Shown here: positions 8,147-11,451 of the stretch, in pieces
Layout: each line of letters begins with the position of its first letter
Numbering within the stretch: position 1 is the first letter of the stretch
NCBI GenBank assembly: GCA_016839515.1
Contig: JAEOUE010000057.1
Location: forward strand, 1-11,451
Direction: 5' to 3'
Origin: Candidatus Hodarchaeum mangrovi
GTDB lineage: Archaea; Asgardarchaeota; Heimdallarchaeia; Hodarchaeales; Hodarchaeaceae
DNA: 11,451 nt
Program-made: the position numbers and the translations under genes
The notes under the pieces: generated by a model
Seen by the model: only the letters and a program-made list of their open reading frames with translations
Told to the model about the DNA's origin: nothing
The model's database searches: none

Positions 8147-8771
8147 AATTGATGTTATTATTTATTCGAGATTCGAAGTATTGACAGAGGATGGTGGGAT
8201 GTACACAGTAAATCTACCGATTTTTTGTCAACAATGTGGACAATGTTGCCGTGATGTCAGCTTTCCTGAACCTGAATTATTTGACTCTACATTGAAATTA
8301 ACACTAGATTTAAAATTAATTACACTAGATTATCTAAAACAGTTTAACAATAAAAGTAATTGTTCACTTGCCTCAATCAAACCATGTATGTTTTTAAATG
8401 AAAATCGATGTAAGATACACCCAGTTAGACCATTATATTGTCGTGAGTGGTTTCCTCGTGTGACATCTCCCTGTTTAGCTTTCAAACTTCATAATAGAAT
8501 GGGTCTATTGTTACTTCGGGATAAAAACTATCATGTCGGTATACGCGAGATAATTCACATCACCAATCATAAGCTTAATTCAGTCTATCCTCAAGTGAAA
8601 GACTCTAAAAACATAAAGAAAGAGACACTGCACAATTATTACTCGCCTTCACTGGAGGAGGCACGAAAGATTTGGAATAAATTCACCTCCTTTAATCTTT
8701 CACAAACTGAACAAAAAATATTTCTTATAATTAATCCTGGAATTAATCTTCAGCAAGAAAACTTTCAATAA
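8130..8771 (+). CDS. YkgJ family CxxCxxCC cysteine-cluster protein (putative Zn or Fe-S binding)
   Basis: FCQQCGQCC, PCMFL, RCKIHPVRPLYCREWFP. The in-frame ATG at 8130 is preferred over TTG 8121; both overlap the M48 3' end. Confidence 0.85.
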   Translation: MKSFPKIDVIIYSRFEVLTEDGGMYTVNLPIFCQQCGQCCRDVSFPEPELFDSTLKLTLDLKLITLDYLKQFNNKSNCSLASIKPCMFLNENRCKIHPVRPLYCREWFPRVTSPCLAFKLHNRMGLLLLRDKNYHVGIREIIHITNHKLNSVYPQVKDSKNIKKETLHNYYSPSLEEARKIWNKFTSFNLSQTEQKIFLIINPGINLQQENFQ

Positions 8772-8803
8772 TCATTTTTTGTAACCTAACTGCCTGATTG
8801 AGA

Positions 8804-8872
8804 GGAAAAATTAAAAACATAACAAGAGCATACTAATTCTGTTTTATTTTCTTATTGGGAAAAATTAAAAAC
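8804..8872 (+). repeat. Perfect 15-bp direct repeat GGAAAAATTAAAAAC, two copies
   Basis: Copies at 8804-8818 and 8858-8872, 54 bp apart, plus a partial GAAAAATT at 8875-8882. Confidence 0.7.
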
Positions 8873-8922
8873 TGAAAAATTGCTCTATATTTTAGTTTGA
8901 ATATTATGGAGTGTAATCAGGT

Positions 8923-9498
8923 TTGGAAAAAGAACAACAGGATCAAATATTACTTGTTAAAGAGTCAGCTTTGGATTTATTGGGGCATTTTTCAACTGCT
9001 GCGGCAATACTGGCTGGTTTTTTTCTTACTGCTGCTGTTTTCCTTGTCTCTGTCAATGCAGAGAGAAGTAGTTCATTACAGTACAGCTTTCTAGATCAAC
9101 CAATTGGGGATAATTTTGGTATTTCTGATAGAATTCGTCAGTGGTTCCCCCAACTTAATGAATGGTGGCCAAATCATTTTACTTATATGCTTACAATCTT
9201 TATTATCCTATTTTTATTAGCTATGTTTTCTTATGCCTGTTACATTCAAGCGGGACTAGCCCATATGAAGGTCTTAGAGGGGAAAACCACTTCATTAGAA
9301 TTAGTTTGGTTGTGGCAAAAAGCAGGTTTAAGAATTTTAATAATCGGACTTCTGGCTGCTTTTATAAGCCTGCCTTGGGCAATTTTAAGATTTGCGTTTG
9401 AACAGGCACTTTCTTGGACATTTTATATCCTTTTTATAGTATTTATCTTCGGCCTTCTTCTTGGTTTGCGGATTAGATGGGCACGAAAGAAAAAATAA
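8923..9498 (+). CDS. Hypothetical integral membrane protein, about 4 TM helices
   Basis: Four hydrophobic segments and a basic C-terminal tail (RWARKKK). GGAGTG at 8908-8913 precedes the TTG start. The ORF fills the gap between genes. Confidence 0.75.
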   Translation: MEKEQQDQILLVKESALDLLGHFSTAAAILAGFFLTAAVFLVSVNAERSSSLQYSFLDQPIGDNFGISDRIRQWFPQLNEWWPNHFTYMLTIFIILFLLAMFSYACYIQAGLAHMKVLEGKTTSLELVWLWQKAGLRILIIGLLAAFISLPWAILRFAFEQALSWTFYILFIVFIFGLLLGLRIRWARKKK

Positions 9499-9510
9499 AT
9501 TAACTCTACA

Positions 9511-10839
9511 CTAATCACAAATATTGGATTCTCCGGCTTTATCAACAGCCCATTTTATGGCGATTGGACCAAATATTTGAAAGATAACCGTAGTAGCGGT
9601 AATAGTATTTAAAATAAGAATTCCTACTGTAGGTTCTCCTAATAAAGTTAATTTCTCAGAGATAAGAACTGCAAGTCCGAGGGCAACACCTGCTTGCGAA
9701 TATAAACATGGGCCTAAGTATTTCCTAACAACTTCTTCAGCGTTAACAATACTAGCACCGAGATAAGCTCCGAACGTTTTTGCTAATGTCCTTCCTATCA
9801 TGTAAACAATTCCTAAAAAGCCAATCTGGGTTAATGAACTCAAATCTAAACTTAATCCTATTAATACAAAAAACAATGCGACAATAGGAGATGCTATTCG
9901 GAAAACTTCATGAAAAACTTGATGAGGTTCTGCTACAGAATCTTCACTGATTGTCAGCAGTTCCTGTTCTATATCTAATTTCATATCTTTGATTTGAGAT
10001 TTTTCAAGAAGTTTTTCCAATAATTTCTTCTTTCTTTGAGATATTACTGGTTTTTTAGTTATACTTGCTACTGTAATCCCAATAACCATTGTTGGAAGGA
10101 TATAAGAAATTCCAAGTATTCCTGAAATGCCAATACATACTAAAACGGTTCCAATTATTAAATCGACAAATTCCCCATGTTCTTCTTCCTTATTTAATTT
10201 ATAAGATAGTGGAATACCTATAATAAGTCCAATTAATAATGATAATCCAACATCAAAAATAACTGGGAATAATAAATGAAATAAATTTACTGTTGTTCCT
10301 TCTAAATAAATTCCAGAATAGTCAAGAGCAAAATCAACTAAAATAATTGCTAAAATATCATCCAAAGCTAAAATTAACATTGTTGTTGTTGTTAATGGAC
10401 CCCTACATTCATATTCCCAAAAAACCGCAGCAGTTCCTGCAGGAGCTGTTGCTGATGATAAGGCTCCAAATAACAACGCAATATAGAATTCAGTAGTAAT
10501 AAGATACACAATTGCCCCTACAATAAAAAACGTTATTAATCCTTCAAACATTAATACAACAAATACCTTTTTGGACATTGATTTAATAGTTTTCCAATCT
10601 AACTCTGAACCAAGATTAAAACCAATAAATCCCAACGCAATTGCAACTACTATGTTAGTAATATCAGTATAATCTTCCTGGAATAATCCAAAAGGTCGGA
10701 ATAAAATCCCAACTAGAATTCCCATCAAAATAAAGCCTAGAATTTCAGGTAAATGTAATTTCTTGATAGTGTCGGAACCAATTACCCCTAGGGTTAAAAT
10801 AAGTCCAAGTTCCAAAATGAAAATCATTTCACTAGCCAT
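9511..10839 (-). CDS. Cation:proton antiporter (CPA2 / Na_H_Exchanger fold)
   Basis: About 12-13 TM helices; LPEILGFILMG, IGFNLGSEL, SATAPAGT, ALDD, FFVLIG, GRTLAK, QAGVALGL. No C-terminal RCK domain. Confidence 0.92.
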   Translation of the reverse strand: MASEMIFILELGLILTLGVIGSDTIKKLHLPEILGFILMGILVGILFRPFGLFQEDYTDITNIVVAIALGFIGFNLGSELDWKTIKSMSKKVFVVLMFEGLITFFIVGAIVYLITTEFYIALLFGALSSATAPAGTAAVFWEYECRGPLTTTTMLILALDDILAIILVDFALDYSGIYLEGTTVNLFHLLFPVIFDVGLSLLIGLIIGIPLSYKLNKEEEHGEFVDLIIGTVLVCIGISGILGISYILPTMVIGITVASITKKPVISQRKKKLLEKLLEKSQIKDMKLDIEQELLTISEDSVAEPHQVFHEVFRIASPIVALFFVLIGLSLDLSSLTQIGFLGIVYMIGRTLAKTFGAYLGASIVNAEEVVRKYLGPCLYSQAGVALGLAVLISEKLTLLGEPTVGILILNTITATTVIFQIFGPIAIKWAVDKAGESNICD

Positions 10840-11111
10840 TTTGATTCACGCTTTGAGATGTATTCTTATATCCCAATCTAATGGAATTTGGATATTTTAT
10901 CTGCTCCTCTGATCATCTTTGTTTTTTCAACTAAATTCAAGTTGCAAGTCAATAGTATTCGGAAAAGTCAAATATAATATATCAGTTTTATACATTTAAA
11001 GGTAATAACCTCAAAAAATACTATCTTTATCATCTTTTTGTAAAGCTAGAACCATAGGAATTGAATAATTTTTACTTAATTAGTATATTAAAGGGATTCT
11101 TCAATCTCAAG

Positions 11112-11121
11112 TTTTATATAA
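11112..11121 (+). promoter_or_regulatory. Candidate TATA box for the YbjQ-family gene
   Basis: TTTTATATAA in the divergent intergenic region, about 77 nt upstream of the GTG at 11198. Confidence 0.35.
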
Positions 11122-11197
11122 GGTAGAAGAAGTTTACATACAAAATGAAATTAAAATGTAAATAAAGCGTCATTTAACCAAATAAAAGGTGTAAAAA

Positions 11198-11451
11198 GTG
11201 TCTGGACAGAAATTGCAAGAAGAAGTAATTATGGTTTCAACAACGAATGAAATTCCAGGATATGAGATTGTAGCTTATCTCGGGATTGTTTTTGGTATTA
11301 CAGTTCGATCTCGAGGTATGGGTGGAAGATGTATTGGAGGTTGTGAGGCTTGTTTTGGCGGTGAAATAACAGCTTATACCCAAAGTGCGATTGAGGCACG
11401 TAATGATGCCATCAACCGTTTATGTTATCAAGTTCAACAAGTGGGAGGTAA
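11198..11451 (+). CDS. YbjQ/UPF0145 family protein, 3'-partial (not in the ORF track)
   Basis: Manual translation from GTG 11198 (AGGTG at 11187-11191; alternative ATG 11231): MSGQKLQEEVIMVSTTNEIPGYEIVAYLGIVFGITVRSRGMGGRCIGGCEACFGGEITAYTQSAIEARNDAINRLCYQVQQVGG. This matches the family pattern TT..IPG.EI...LG.V.G..VRSR...GGE...YT.....AR..A..R. Confidence 0.9.
   Translation, partial: MSGQKLQEEVIMVSTTNEIPGYEIVAYLGIVFGITVRSRGMGGRCIGGCEACFGGEITAYTQSAIEARNDAINRLCYQVQQVGG

Noticed and set aside
8804-8872. Reading the 15-bp repeat with its 39-nt gap as a mini CRISPR array
   Set aside because: The repeat is too short, has only two copies and low complexity, and no cas genes are in the window.
8897-9401. 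ORFs 8897-9094 and 9162-9401 (+)
   Set aside because: Alternative frames over the longer 8923-9498 gene, which has a Shine-Dalgarno-like site. Their hydrophobicity reflects T-rich DNA.
10840-11197. Hidden RNA gene or small ORF in the 358-bp divergent spacer
   Set aside because: AT-rich, with no GC-rich stems, tRNA arms or convincing ORF seen by eye. An Infernal/Rfam scan would settle it.
11198-11451. Calling the last gene a radical SAM enzyme because of CxxxCxxC
   Set aside because: Sequence on both sides of the motif matches YbjQ/UPF0145, not a radical-SAM barrel.

Overview
AT-rich window with ten protein-coding genes and no RNA genes, mobile elements or CRISPR array. In order: a 5'-truncated, C-terminally anchored S8 subtilase (+); a protein of two tandem degenerate Rab/Ras-like GTPase domains (-); an alpha/beta hydrolase (-); a translationally coupled glycyl-radical enzyme (GRE) and its radical-SAM activase (-); an M48 membrane metallopeptidase overlapping a YkgJ/CxxCxxCC protein (+); an unknown 4-TM protein (+); a CPA2-type cation:proton antiporter (-); and a 3'-truncated YbjQ/UPF0145 gene missing from the ORF track (+). 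TATA-like elements, the Rab-like protein and the subtilase anchor suggest an archaeon, probably Asgard (Heimdallarchaeia-like); this is inference. The best candidate for a new system is the GRE. It shows sequence marks of the arylacetate-decarboxylase branch, has no small-subunit gene, appears to lack the phenol-binding residues of 4-hydroxyphenylacetate decarboxylase, and sits next to a hydrolase. Also notable are the tandem pseudo-GTPase and a CxxxCxxC motif inside the YbjQ protein. Comparisons with known enzymes are from memory, not from a computed alignment.
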